From the human T2T-CHM13v2.0 reference genome, Homo sapiens, in the NCBI RefSeq assembly GCF_009914755.1, contig NC_060930.1: a stretch of DNA of 64,000 nt; one strand, written 5' to 3'. The notes under the pieces are model-generated. The model saw nothing but the letters and a program-made list of their open reading frames with translations. It was not told the origin of the DNA and did no database searches. Numbering within the stretch: position 1 is the first letter of the stretch; each line of letters begins with the position of its first letter. Below are positions 16,075 through 30,924 of this stretch, one piece after another. The position numbers and the translations under genes were made by a program.

Positions 16075-19000
16075 GGAAAATTATACATATTCACATAATG
16101 AGTCTCCCTGCTCCTAACTTCTCTCTCTTCCTTCATGTAAACCCTATGTGAAATTTATCTTACTCCAACACTATTTGATCATGTCACTCAAGGACAAACA
16201 GAAGGCTTCAGTGTGTTACACAGATTTAAAAAAAAAACAAAAACAAACAAAAAAAACCACTCCACAAGTTGTGTTTCATGGGTCTCTTCTGACCGCTCCT
16301 TATCTTCTAAGCTTTCCTCCTTGCTATTATCCCACTGGTTTCCATTCTGTCCATCATTTCTCACCACAAATTCCATTTTGTATCCAGCACAACTTCCCAG
16401 TTCTGCCCTTCCCACCTCTATTTCATCATAGTTTCTTGGTTTGTTAGGCCCTCCTGACTTCTTCCCCACCTACGTGTCTTACTTTAATAAAAAAAATTCT
16501 TAATCCTATACAATTTCTTCATCCAGCGCTGTCATTATCCCCCTATTTCTTTTTAAAATTAATTCATTACTCAATATCCCCTACAACCCATCAACAAAAT
16601 TTTTTGCTTAATTAGTACTAACTGTAATCTCTCTTTACATCAATATATAGTACTTATCCTTTTAGAGTAGAATCCCCACCAGTGCAGAGATTTGTTTCTG
16701 GTGTGTTCCTAAATAGCATCGAGTTTATTATGGTTGAAGATGTTTATACCTAAGTCCCAGAAGTTCTGCTCTGGTGAGATAACAGCCACATCCAGGCATT
16801 AATTGGCCAAGGGAATTTGGCTAACTCAACTCTCTGACTGTTCTGGAAAAGATTTCATAATATTCATAAATTCATCTGTGCATCAAAATTGCTATTAAAG
16901 CAAATTATATAATTAATAAAAAATGTATTTGCACATGACTAGGAACACAATGACCTAGAAAATAAGAATGACGTGAATATGTTAAAGAAGGTCGCTTAGT
17001 TTGTGCCAAACCAATATGATTGGAATCCAATGGTGACGTAAGTTAGAAGTGGCATGTCAGCCTGACAACAATTTCCTGGCCAGGGTAAGTTTGCATCACG
17101 CTTTCAGCAGACACTTCTAATAATATGCTTTCAGAAATAGGCATCTCACTTTTTAAATGTCTCCCCAAACACATATGCTTTGACACTCTGGATCAAACAC
17201 ACTGTTGAAAGCTTTTTCTAACAAAATGTTACCCTTATAGTGATACCTAAAATCTGACATGCTGTTACTAATAATTTTTATAGCTTCTTGCATAATACTG
17301 TAAACTTTGCACAATAGTTATACTGTTCCAGGGGGAAACAAACGTTTTTTCTCAAAAGACTATTTTCAATTAAAGACAGAATTGAGGAGAACACAAAATT
17401 AAATAGTTCATAAAACAAGATGACTCTTTTTGTGGCATAAACACCATGCTCAAGCATTGAAGTGAAGAATATAAAGAATCTGAAAGGAAGAAGAAAAGTC
17501 AAAAGAAAAACGAAAAGAGGTATATTTTGAAGTTTGATTTCTATAGCTTTAAAAGTTTAAAGAAATAATTTCCAGATTTAGAGTTTTATATAAAAGTATT
17601 TACTAGATTAATATGAAAAGTAACTTTGGTGATCTCTTGGCTCTACCTAGCACAGCAGATAATCTAGAAATAGAGGAGGAGTTTTATAGTGAGACCAAAA
17701 CGTTCATACCTGACTCACATCACCCTGACTCCAATCTTAACCATACCCCCACTTCTACCCCCACTCCTACACACACACACACACAAACACACACACATTC
17801 ACTGTAGTCCACTAAGAACACAGGACTAGAAGGGTGGAAGAAGATGGATGGGACTTATAGAGAAGGAAAAGGAGAATGGAGTGGGGTTGGGAACAATTAT
17901 AAGAAAGCTATTAAAATCAAGTACAACTTTGGAATTTTAGGACTGAAATAAGGCTTTAATTTTTAAAAATAGATAACATTATATAATCTAATCCAGATAT
18001 CATTCACCACCAACTGAGAAGGGGGGTTTAACATACAGACATCTGATGGGGGCCAGATATTAAAAAACAAATAAAACTTACATGTCTATCACAATTAGTT
18101 ATATATACTGTTGGATTTACATGTTTCAAATGAACTTTACATTTGAAAATTCAGCATTTTCATTTTATCTAGAACAATTTAGCTTAAGCAAAGAAAATAA
18201 TTATCCTAAAATCAGCAGGAATAAACTATTTCTATAAGTACCATATAAAATCTTATGCCTAGAAATTGCATGCTAAAATTTTAAGGAGACTTCCTTCTCT
18301 TCCAGTCATTAGGAAAACTGGGGACCCTGTTCTTTTTCAAAGTGAAAATTAAATATGTTCTTCTGACACTTTTAGCTTGAATATTAAAACTTGGACAGAA
18401 TTAGTCATTGCTAATAATCAACAATATATTCAACTGCCACCAATTAGGGACTCTTTGAACAACAACATGTCATTGAACGATAACAACAAAAATGAATCTT
18501 AGGAGAAAAGAATAAACACAAGTACAGTATCACATTGTAAGTTTCAATAAACATTTGCCAAGAGCCTTGAATTAAAATAGAACCCGTCAGTTTATTATAC
18601 ATAACTTCAAACTGAAGAGCTTTTAACACAGACATCTGTTAGCTAGTTGCTGATGGACCTTAGACATGTGCATATGTATGTAAGCAAATATACACATAGC
18701 TCATTTAGACTTCCCTCATGCACCATTCCAAAAGGAAACTCTAAGTTTCATATCTTACTCGTATGTACTGCCATTTCTCTCAATAATCGTTTGCTAGCTT
18801 GTCTTTGAAAAATGCCTTATGTCAATTTTATTTTAAGTAAAGGAATAGTTAATCATAGAACATAAAAAAGTAAACTGAAGCATATTTAAAGTAACACTTT
18901 AAATTCTAAAATGTATATGAAACCGATTAAATAAAGAATAAAAAATGAAAATGAAAAACATCTCCTGAAAGCAAAATAAAAGTAATGGTATGCACTTATG

Positions 19001-19665
19001 GCTTAACTTAGGCCAGAGGATCCTTTTAGGATATAAAGTCACCATCTTAGATGGCAAAATCCATTCTGTTAGGGTAGGGTTCCCTTACCAGGGTGAGGGA
19101 GGCGACCACATCAGTGTTTTACCAAAATAAATGCCTTGTAAAACAGAATCTCAGGTGTTAAAAGGGGAAGGAGATTATTATTTTTATAAAGCTTCCAGTA
19201 TATTCTGCTATATATGCTTTAGCCTACAGAACCCACATTTGAAAATCGCCATCTTGATTTACCCTATTGCTAAAGATACATGTTTAATTCAACTGAATAC
19301 ATATTTGGGAGCACTTATGAGGCATGTGATTCTTCTGAAATTTTCAGCTCAAGGTAGCACTCACTCTCATTTATTTTCTCTTGCCCCTCCACTCTGTGAT
19401 TAAGTGCCCCTCTTCTCTCCTCTTAAAGCCTCTGGTGCACCCCTCTTAATGGAACAGTCATCTCACCTTTTAGTCTGTAATTATTTATTTGAGTGTCAAT
19501 ATTATTTACATATTTAGAGCCTAAAAGAATGTCTAATACAAAGAAGATACAAACATAATGTTTGATGGGCGGATGAGTTAATGTGTTCACTAATTCAGTA
19601 AATACTTCTGGAGTGCCAATTACGTGTCAGACACTATACTAAATGCTGGTAATGCTGTATCTTAG

Positions 19666-19717
<52 letters not shown>
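19666..19717. repeat. (CA)n(GA)n microsatellite
   Basis: Directly visible. Confidence 0.95.
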
Positions 19718-19829
19718 CAAGTAAGTGAATGAGGAAGCAGAAAGGAAGGAGAGATGGGGAGTTAAATGAGGCTGAGTAAGAAACTAATTTTCTTCTCAAG
19801 CACATGTAGTTTAATAGGAAACTCACCAT

Positions 19830-20140
19830 TTCTTATTCCATCAGTCAGCCAGTCTATCAGTCAACAAATATTTATTGGAATCTACTTTGTGTCAGGTACA
19901 ACTGGAGATGCACACCACAGTAAACAAGAAGCTCCGGGTACCTACCTTAGTGATCCTAAGATCTAGGGCAGTAGGCAGAAAAATGAACAAATTACCAAGA
20001 TGTATTATAATATTTGGTAAGTGAATAAGTGCTTTGAAGGAAATGAAGAGGATAGAGGCCAAAGAGCAGCTGATACAGGCACTACTTTATACAGGATATA
20101 CGGGGACAGGCTGTCTGTAATGTTACATTTAAAAGACCTC
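19830..20140 (-). mobile_element. L2 3' remnant
   Basis: tcaacaaatatttattggaatctactttgtgtcaggtac resembles the antisense L2 3' end. Confidence 0.6.
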
Positions 20141-20144
20141 GAGG

Positions 20145-20325
20145 TTCACCAAAAAACTACCACTCATGTATGGGATGTTGATAGTGAGGGAGGTTTGTAT
20201 GTGTGGGAACTAAGGGTGTAGGGACTAGGGTCTTTTACTTTCTGACATTTTGGCTGTAAGCTAGAACTACTCTAAAAAATAAAATATATTAAAAATACAT
20301 ACACACACATATAAATTCAGAAATA
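20145..20325 (+). mobile_element. Short L1MC/MD-type 3' end
   Basis: taccactcatgtatgggatgttgatagtgagggagg...ctctaaaaaataaa; degenerate TSD aaaagacctcgagg / aaaaaaccctgagg. Confidence 0.7.
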
Positions 20326-21746
20326 AAAAAACCCTGAGGGAATACCACAATTTAAATACTTTGATATCCTTATAACATTTACTATATTTGCAAAATTTGG
20401 TAACAGAAATTCTTATGAAGAGTTTATAACAGACACACTCTATCATTCTCTACAAAACCACGTTATACCACCTATAAATTTTACTGCAAAACCCAAGTCC
20501 ATTCAGCTGCCAAATGATGCCTCAAATTCCACTATAAAGCCACCAAATCAAACAGAAGACATGGAAGATTAAACATTTCTCTTTAATAATGACTTTTCTA
20601 TTCACTCCACCCTAACCCCATCTGCTTTCCAGCTGTTCAGCCCCTCGCAAATCCCATTTTTAGAACCTATTCGTTCATTTTCTTTAAAGAAACCTAAATT
20701 CCCTTATTATTTATTAATACATAAGTAATTTTATACCTAAATACATCTCGTAGCCTCAACTACAATTTACCACATTCAAAAAGTTACCCACATTATATTA
20801 TTTATAACAAATTTCTTCTGAAATCACTGCTGTCTTCTACCCTAAATTTGTTTCCAGGATCCACATTTGCAATCAATACTCTTAATACTAGCATATACTT
20901 GCCAAAATCTCTGGTCTTTTTCATAGACTCCACCCATTCATATTATCAATTCCCCCTGTTAAAGAATCAGTCTCTCATATGATGTCAATTTTCAGGACTA
21001 TAAAGAAAAGGGAGGAAATGCAAATAAACATTGATTTTTATTTATTCCTTTTTAAATTCTTACTCTCTCCAGATGTGTGATTTCCTCATAATGCCAACCC
21101 TTTTAAGTCTTCATCTACCACCTTTATACCAAGGTGCCCCAAATTAATGATCTCTAGTCCCGCCCCTCTCACTATGTTGTCAACTGCCTACCAGTCCCTG
21201 ACACCTGATTTTCAGCCAACACTGGAAACTCCAGAAGTTTGGAATGATCCTTCTTATGCTGACACTGCAATGAGTTCTTCTGACTGTCCTAGCTTCATCT
21301 CACCACTCTTCCAGTCACACAAGTTCAAAGCTTTGAGGTAATCTTTCTTCTTCCCTCTCACTCACTTGCTTGCCAGGTCCTGAAAATATTTTATTCTGTA
21401 GCATGTCACTCAATATTCCCTTTCTTTTTATTTCCACAGTTGAGCTAATAGCTCACATCTGGATCTTTGCAATAGGAAGCCTAACTAGTTTCCTAACTCC
21501 ACATCCATTCCTCCTAAGCTGTTACCAACCATCATCATATTAGGCTTCCTAGAACATAAAACCAAGTACAGGATGCCCTATGGAAATATTTTAAAATTCT
21601 GTGGTAGGGCATTCAAGGTCTTTCATTCTAAAAATCAAATCTATATTTCCAGTACTGAGCAACTGCAGTGCTATTCACTTGTCAGCCTACCCACTCTTCC
21701 CAACACATTGCTTTCCTTGCCCTTTTTGTTTTCAACACAATATTCT

Positions 21747-22781
<1,035 letters not shown>

Positions 22782-23663
22782 TGAAAATGTCTTTTACTTG
22801 ACAGCTCTTCCTCCACTTGATAAAATTTTAATAATTTTATAAAATTATGTGAGTTGTTTTCTGATATGTGGATTTTTCCATGTTACAATTTCTCCACCAT
22901 GGATTACATCACTGCTTTGGTTATATACATGTTTTAATTCTATAAAACAATTAGGGCTATCTCAAACTCTCAAAATGCTACTTCCTCTGCCATAAAACAT
23001 GATATTCTCACTCCAGAAATTCAGTAAAATTACAAACTTCTTAAATACTTTTTATAGACAATTTTTAGTTATCTATATCTCTACCCCAAAATTCAACTCC
23101 CTGTCCCCAAATTAAAACTATACATTGGGATGAGATATGTGTCTTTATTTATGTATGAACTCTTTATTTATACACTGACTCATTCATTCATTCACCTTTG
23201 CATACAACATTAATCATAAATCCATAAAGAATTTAACATTGCTTGTGGAGTTAGAGTATGATGATTAAAATAATATTAAAATAAATAATAAAATATGATA
23301 AAATTTTAAAAAGTAAGATTATTAGAAGTTCTGATTGGGAGAAATGAAAGAAATACATACTATTAAATACCATACATTTCCCAATTATTGGCCACAAATA
23401 AGTTATTTGAAATCTCTTACATGGTTTATCATAATGCTTTATATCTAGAAAGGGATTAATGAATGTTTTTAAATTGCTAACTGAATCATTATTCTTCCTA
23501 TTTTTTTTGAGAGATAAGTCAAAACTCTTCAGAAACGTGTTTTGGTTTTAGCAAACCAACTTATTTATTTTTAAGTATTAATATTAATGGCATATAAACA
23601 AACAATGTTCTGGCACATATTTTGAGAAGATGAAAAAACAGAATGGACAAGCTTAAAGTAACC

Positions 23664-24550
23664 TGATATGACACAATAATAAATATATTTACGGTCTTTG
23701 CAGCCATTTCTTGGTGCATAGCTTCTAAAACCCTTGAAATCTCTAAAGTTATAAGCGTATTTTTGTGTCCTAGTGAGATTACTAGCATGGCTGTGGGTTC
23801 CTGGATATGGGGGCATCCTGGATATTATCCAGGATGGGGGCTGGTTGCCAGGGGAACCAGCCTGTGATTAAAGAATTGAAATTTTGAGCCCCAGCCCCCA
23901 ACATCCAGGGAGGAAAGAGGGGCTGAAGGTAAAGCTAATAACCAATGGCCAATTATGTAATTAATTATATGTACATAATGAATCCTCTATAAAATCCTCA
24001 AAGGACAGTGTTTGGAGAGCTTCTGGGTTGCTGAACACATCTACGTCCCAGTAGCATGGCACATTCCATCTCCATGGGGACAGAAGTTCCTGCACTTGGG
24101 ACCCTTCCAAACCTCACTGTCTGTACCTCTTCATCTAGCTGCTCATTGGTATCCTTTAACATATCCATTGAAATAAATAGGCAGTAGTAAGCAAAGCATT
24201 TCCTTGATTTCCATAAGCCATTAGATCAAATGATGGAAGCTGAGGAGAGGGTTATGGGAAGCCCAATATGTAGCCAATTGATCAGATGTATTGGAGATGG
24301 AGACTTGGACTTATGATTAAATCTGAAGTAGGGTACAGTCTTGTAGGACTGAGGCCTTCATCTGTGGAATTTGACTCTCGCTCTAGGTAGATCATGCCAG
24401 GACTGAATTTAATTATAGCCCAACAGGCTAGTGTTGGAGAATTGGTCAATGTGGGGAAAAAAACACACAAACATACACATCTGGGGTCACAGAAATGTTC
24501 TGTGTTGAGTTTGAGCAGTAAAGAACAAAATTGTCTTTTCTAATATATAC
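23664..24550 (+). mobile_element. MER21-like solo LTR
   Basis: cttctaaaacccttgaaatc, caggatgggggctgg, ttggagagcttctgggttgctgaacac and atctgaagtagggtacagtcttgtaggactgag resemble the MER21B/C consensus. Confidence 0.8.
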
Positions 24551-25189
24551 CTGACATATAAGAACATCTGTATTTATACTAATGTGTACATTTATTCACT
24601 CTTCAATAAACCCTCATTCAGGTCCCATTCTATGAAAAGTACATGCTGTCATTTTTTTTAGAGATACAGGAAGATAGTCTTTACTTTAAAAAAATCATCA
24701 TCATCATCATTCAGAATAAAAGATAAAATAAAATGAATAAGTTGTTATTGCCTTAGTCAAAGATTCCAGAAATGACTCATCTATGTCTCTCATTTTATCA
24801 AGAACTTTTTAAAAAGGAATCTCTTATACCTCCCATATTTAAAATCAATATTATTACTTGTCCCTCCAAACCTCTCCAACTGTGTTCCCATTCATAGAAA
24901 CAATTCTTCATACAATTTCTTTGTCTCCACTTTCTTACTTCACATTCACTCTCCCACCATGACCTTGCTGCTGTTCCAATTAGTTCAATGAAATTGAACT
25001 GCACTGACTGGGATCACCAAATACTTCTTGTTTCCATGTCCAACAGGCACAATTTTTAAAAATAAAGCAACGAACATCATTTAATATCATGAGCTATTCT
25101 GTACTTCTTTAAACGGGTTTATCTCTTTGTCCACTCATAACTCTCCTTTTCCAGTTTCAGATCTTTGACTTGGACTTAAAATGTAGTTC

Positions 25190-26449
25190 ACTAAAACCTA
25201 AGACTTGAAACTGTAAAAAGACTAGAAGAAAACAGAGGGAAAGCTTTGTATCATCAGTCTCAGTGGTGATTTTTTGGATGTAGCTCCCAAATCACAGGCA
25301 ACAATAGCAAAAATAGAGAAGTGAGATTACATCAAACTAAAAAGCTTCTGCCCAGCAAAGAAATATTTGACAGAATGAAGAGAAAACCTATAGAATGAAA
25401 AAAAATTGCAAACCATACATCTGCTAAGGGATTAATATTCAAAACACATAAGGAATGAAACAACTCAATAGAAAAAAATAACCCAATTAAAAAATAATGG
25501 GCAAAGGATCTGAATACATTTCTCCAAAGATGACATACAAATGGCCAACAAGCATATGAAAAAAATACTCAACTTCACCAATTATCAGAAAAATTCAAAT
25601 TAAAGCCATAATGAGATATTACCTTCCACTTGTTAGAATGTCTAGTCTCAGAAAAATGAAAGATAACAAGTGTTGATGAGAATGCAAGAAAAGCGAATCC
25701 TTGTACAGTGTGGATGGGAATGTAAATTAGTACAGCTATTATGGAAAACACAATGGAGGTCCCACAAAAAATTAAAAATAGAACTACCGTATTATCCAGC
25801 AATCTCACTACTGGGTATATATCCAAAGGAAATGAAGTCAACATGTCAAAGAAATATCTACACTCCCATGTTCACTGCAGCACTATTCACAATAGCCAAA
25901 ATATAAAATCAACCAAGGTGTCCAGTAGTGGATAAATGGAAGATGTGGCGTAACAGTGGAATACTATTCTGCCTTAAGATAAAGGAAATCCTGGCATTGG
26001 AGACAACATGAATGAACCTGAAGGATACTATGTTAAGCAAAATAAGCCAGGCTCAGAGAAACAAATGCCATATGATCTCATTTATATGTGGAATCTAAGT
26101 AAGTCAAACTCATAGAAACAGAGTAGAATGTTTCTTACCAAGGACTGTCGGTGAGTGGTAATTGGGAAGATGTTGGTCAAAAGATACAAAATTTCAGTGA
26201 GACAGAGGAATAAGTTCAATAGATCTATTGAACATCATGGTTTCTGTAGTTAATAACAATGTATTGTATATTCGAAAATTGCTAAGAGTAGACTTTAATG
26301 TTTTCATCACACAAAAAAAATTGTAAGGGTATGAAGTAATGCATATATTAATTAGCTTGTTTTAGCCATTCCACAATGCATAAAATATTTTAAAACACAA
26401 CATCATACACAATAAATGTATAGAATTTTGTCAATTTAAAAAATAAATA
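25190..26449 (+). mobile_element. LINE-1 3' end (L1MA-like)
   Basis: ORF 25670..25906 [13 protein letters not shown]...[11 protein letters not shown]; L1MA-type 3'UTR. Confidence 0.9.
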
Positions 26450-26760
<311 letters not shown>

Positions 26761-29044
26761 ATAAAAATGTAGGCATTCTATAGTGCTTAGTCTTTGATCC
26801 TCTCCTTTTCTCACTCTACACTTTTTCTCTATGTAATATCATTCAATTATATGGCTTGCACATAAAATACTAACTACTCAAATAGATATTTCCAGTCTGA
26901 ACCTCTCAAATAAGCTAAAGCCTTATATGTCATAGTGGCCACAAATGTCTCCTAATGTCTAAAATGTATCTTAAATTTAATACATAAAAAAGTGGACTTG
27001 GATCTTCACTCCAAAACCTGTTCATCCCAGATCTTCAGTAAATTGCACCTGCACCACCATCTACTCAATGGTTCAACCCATATTCCTGGTAGACATATTT
27101 CATTCCTTTCTCTCCTTCTTCTCATGCCTCATATTTAATCAATCAGCAAAACTCCACAAATTATACTTCTAAGATATATTTCACAACCGTTCTTGTGTAC
27201 TTCTCTACTAAACTGTCCAAGTCCAAACCTTTATCATTGAGTGGACTCTCATTATCTTCACTTCCTAAATGTGCTCTTTGCTGTTTTTCTCCCCTTACTT
27301 CCTTTCAGTTCATTTTTCACACAACAGTTCTATTGGCAAAATAAGTAAATTTGATCTCTCTTTCTCACTCCCTCTCTCTCTTTTTCTCTACCTCTCTCTC
27401 ACTCTCTGCCTCTCTCCCTTTTCCTCTCCCTCTCCCTCCCTCTGATTTAAAATTGTTGACCAGCATGCAAACTCCTATCTTGTCCTTCAATGCCTACATC
27501 ATCTGACCTCCTGGCCTACCTATTTTCTCTATTCCAATCATACTGGCCTCCTTTCAGTTCCTGAAAGATTCCTAGATCTTCCATGCTTGAAATATTTCAC
27601 TTATCCTATTCTTTCCACCCAGAATTCTCTTTACTTACATCTTTGCATGGCTGAGTGTTTTTTTTTTTTCTTTAAGTGTCAGTTTGTGTTACATGAAAGA
27701 AGTATTCACTGATACTGGCAGCAGCTCTTTTTTTCAGAGAATTTGATGTTTTTATTATTGGTTTAATTCTTTAGCTATGTCTTCTCTTTGTAATCTATAT
27801 GCCCTATGTGGGAAGCCACACTATCTGTCTTACGCACTTCTGTAAGAATTACCTAGAACAATGTCTGGTAGCTGGTTAGCAAAATAAATATTTTTAAACA
27901 AATATATTGTTTTAAAAATGACTGAATTAACCAATTACATACTACTATAAAGAATTTAAATTGATTTTCTAGATTTGGAGCCAGTTGTATATTAAGCTCT
28001 GATGAAAGTCAATATTTCTTAATACTAAATGATTAAAGCAAAGAATGGGTAGAATTAGTACCTAAATCAATGAGAACTAAATAAAGAGAAGCTAACCACA
28101 TACATTTGTAATACCTGACGCTTCAGCCTATGAGATAGATTGTGTTTTACTTATGTGGTCTCCTTCTCTCTAGATTAAAATTCAAATGTAAATGCAAAAT
28201 TTTATGGGCCATTTGCTTTCACAGTAAACTTGGATATCATTTGGTATACTTCAATTTTTTTAAACTATGAATACCTGAGAAGATTTAGGCTTTCATGGAA
28301 GTATAATCTGGAAATCTCTGTATTCATTGTTTCTTAAAAGATCTTAGCACAATTAAACAGGCTAAATGATGAAGACATTTAATGACAAATTTCATATTTT
28401 TTGTCCTTATGCTTTGTCATCCAGCTGAAAGCCCCTTAAGCCAAAACAATGAATCATTTATGACAACCTTGCAAGGGGCCAAACACAACTCAACATAGAC
28501 TCAGGTGTCTTTCTTCAGTCTGACATGCAATGTTACCACTTTTTAGCATGAAGTGGGAAACCTGAAAGACAGCAAAGCAGAAAAGAATAAATAAGTAATT
28601 AAGCTTTTTCTATCCAATGGAAAACAATTTAGAAGTTTGGCATTACTTTTTATATTTTTTGTAAATTCCTATTTCAGTAAACAAACATCAGTATAAATAC
28701 TAAATAAGGCCACAATTAATTGATTCTTGAACCAACTGTATCAGCAGTCTCTATATTTAACATAAAAAATCAAATGCCAACTATACTATCATATTCAAAT
28801 ATATGTTAATAAGCAGCATTAATAAATGCTCTAAAATGAGTTCAAAAATAAAGATAAAGCATATTTGCTAAGAAGTTGACTTCTAATGAAAAATACTAAA
28901 CATTGTCAAGCATTTTATATTAAAAATCCGTCTAATTATCTCCCTTTTGTTGCTTGGGAAGGAGCGAAATTTCCTCAGAAATTAAGAACTTAGACACTAC
29001 TCTTTACTTAATACCTATGACTTTTTGCAATGTAACCTTCTCAT

Positions 29045-29265
29045 ATAGTGAAGAGACTTCTGAGTGAGCTACATCCAAATTCAAACATGAGTCTGGAATC
29101 TTCCTGATTATATATATAGCTTCATAATCTCTCTATAAATCCGCTGATTTTTCTTATCCTTAAAATTGGGAAGACATCTTCCTCATCAAAATATTGAGAT
29201 GACTATTTTAAATAAGATACTATATGTAAAGCTCTGAGCACTTGGATGTGCTCAATAAATATTAC
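29045..29265 (+). mobile_element. MIR remnant
   Basis: gatttttcttatccttaaaattggg...tatgtaaagctctgagcac...gctcaataaat. Confidence 0.6.
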
Positions 29266-30875
29266 TTCATATGATCTTAGAGAAAAGTAAAGAGATTAAA
29301 TTTTGTCAAATTTCTGCTAATGTTTCATAAACGTTCTCCCAGATGGTAGGTAAACCTTGTATCTGCCCTGTAGAGCTGATGATACTATAATTATCTCCAC
29401 AGGTTTGTACTCAGAATTTGGTGCTCGGGGAAATTACTTGCACACTGAACATCTAGTACATTGGGATATAAAGGGTTTCAATTCAAATCTTAGAAATATT
29501 AAAAGCCATTTTTTTCTGTCCCTTTGGTTGACTCATAAGGGGAAATTTTCCAAGATGTGAGGGCCATCAGGACTACTTTAGTGGGAAAAGATCAAATTGA
29601 TTAGACCCACTTGGTCAAACCCAAGAAATGGGACAGAAGAGTATTTAAAAGAAACTCAGAGTCACCCAAGAGGACAACCTTTCAGTAAAGTGACTCACTG
29701 GGACACCCATAGTTCAAATGTGTCTACATGTCCCCTCCTTTCCCATTCCCAGGACTTGGTATCAGCAAGTTCCCAGGAAGCAGAAGACTTTGTAGAGAAG
29801 TCTAGCCAAATAAGATATATCAAGATCTAAACAGAAATTGTTAAGTTTATCACTATTGTTTTTAATAAGCTATTTGCTCTTTCCTGTTTTTTCACTTCAA
29901 ATGTTGGAGTAATGGTGGTAAAAGATTGTAAAAGCAATAGATAGACTACAAAATAAACTATCTCAGTTATTTCCTCTAAATCTATCTCCAAAAGCCCACC
30001 TTTTATTAATAGGTAGCAGAGTATGAAACCAAGGCCATACCAATCCCAGGAAGCAGCTGCCTATTAAAAATGAAGCCCACTGAAACCACCCAGTTGCAAC
30101 AACTAGAACAGAGTTTAGACAACCTATTATAATCAACCTATTTCTTATTCATGGCTCAAGAACTATAATTGCATAAGGACCTTACTGTACTCTGCACTCG
30201 ATGGATGCTCAAAAAGTAGTTTCGGCCAAAACTAATTGATTTGACTAGGAGAATGAATGTGAAAATACTAAAATCTCTTCTCCTAAAACTAAAATAACAT
30301 TTCTCAAAAACACCATTGTACATTCCAGAGGATATCTGTTCTAAACATTAAATGCAACTATCTGCTCTTAGCATTAAAATTTAGCTCAGGAATATCTTAT
30401 AAAACATTTGAGAATAGTATAATTTTGCCTTTCAAAAATTTTTTTCCAATCAATATTTGGCTAGTTTTGAAAAATCTGGCAATCATATATTATTTAGTAA
30501 TGATGATGACTGTCCCACTTTCTTTCTGCCCTTGAAAACAAATCTGGAGAATATTCCTATTCAAAACAATTTTTTTTCTAAAAACATCTGGCTATTTAAG
30601 TTTTATCTCCCTTCCTAATAAGGTTCAAAATTGGTATCACTCATGATCATCTGGTTATCATATTCATGGAATAAATTAATAATTATCCTAAATATGAGAT
30701 ATCTAGTGGGACAGTAGAATAAAACACTTAAAATATAAACCGAGTCAGAAAATCTAGAACATACAGTCAATGTGCATGTGATGATTGCTGATAATTCTTT
30801 GGGCTTTTATTTATTTTTTTTTGGAAGACTTCATTACCTGCTGTTTGAATAAAGTATTCAGAAGGATAACAGGTA

Positions 30876-30879
30876 TTGC

Positions 30880-30915
<36 letters not shown>

Positions 30916-30924
30916 CATCGTTGT
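30876..30924. repeat. (GTT)n microsatellite
   Basis: About 12 GTT units directly visible. Confidence 0.95.
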
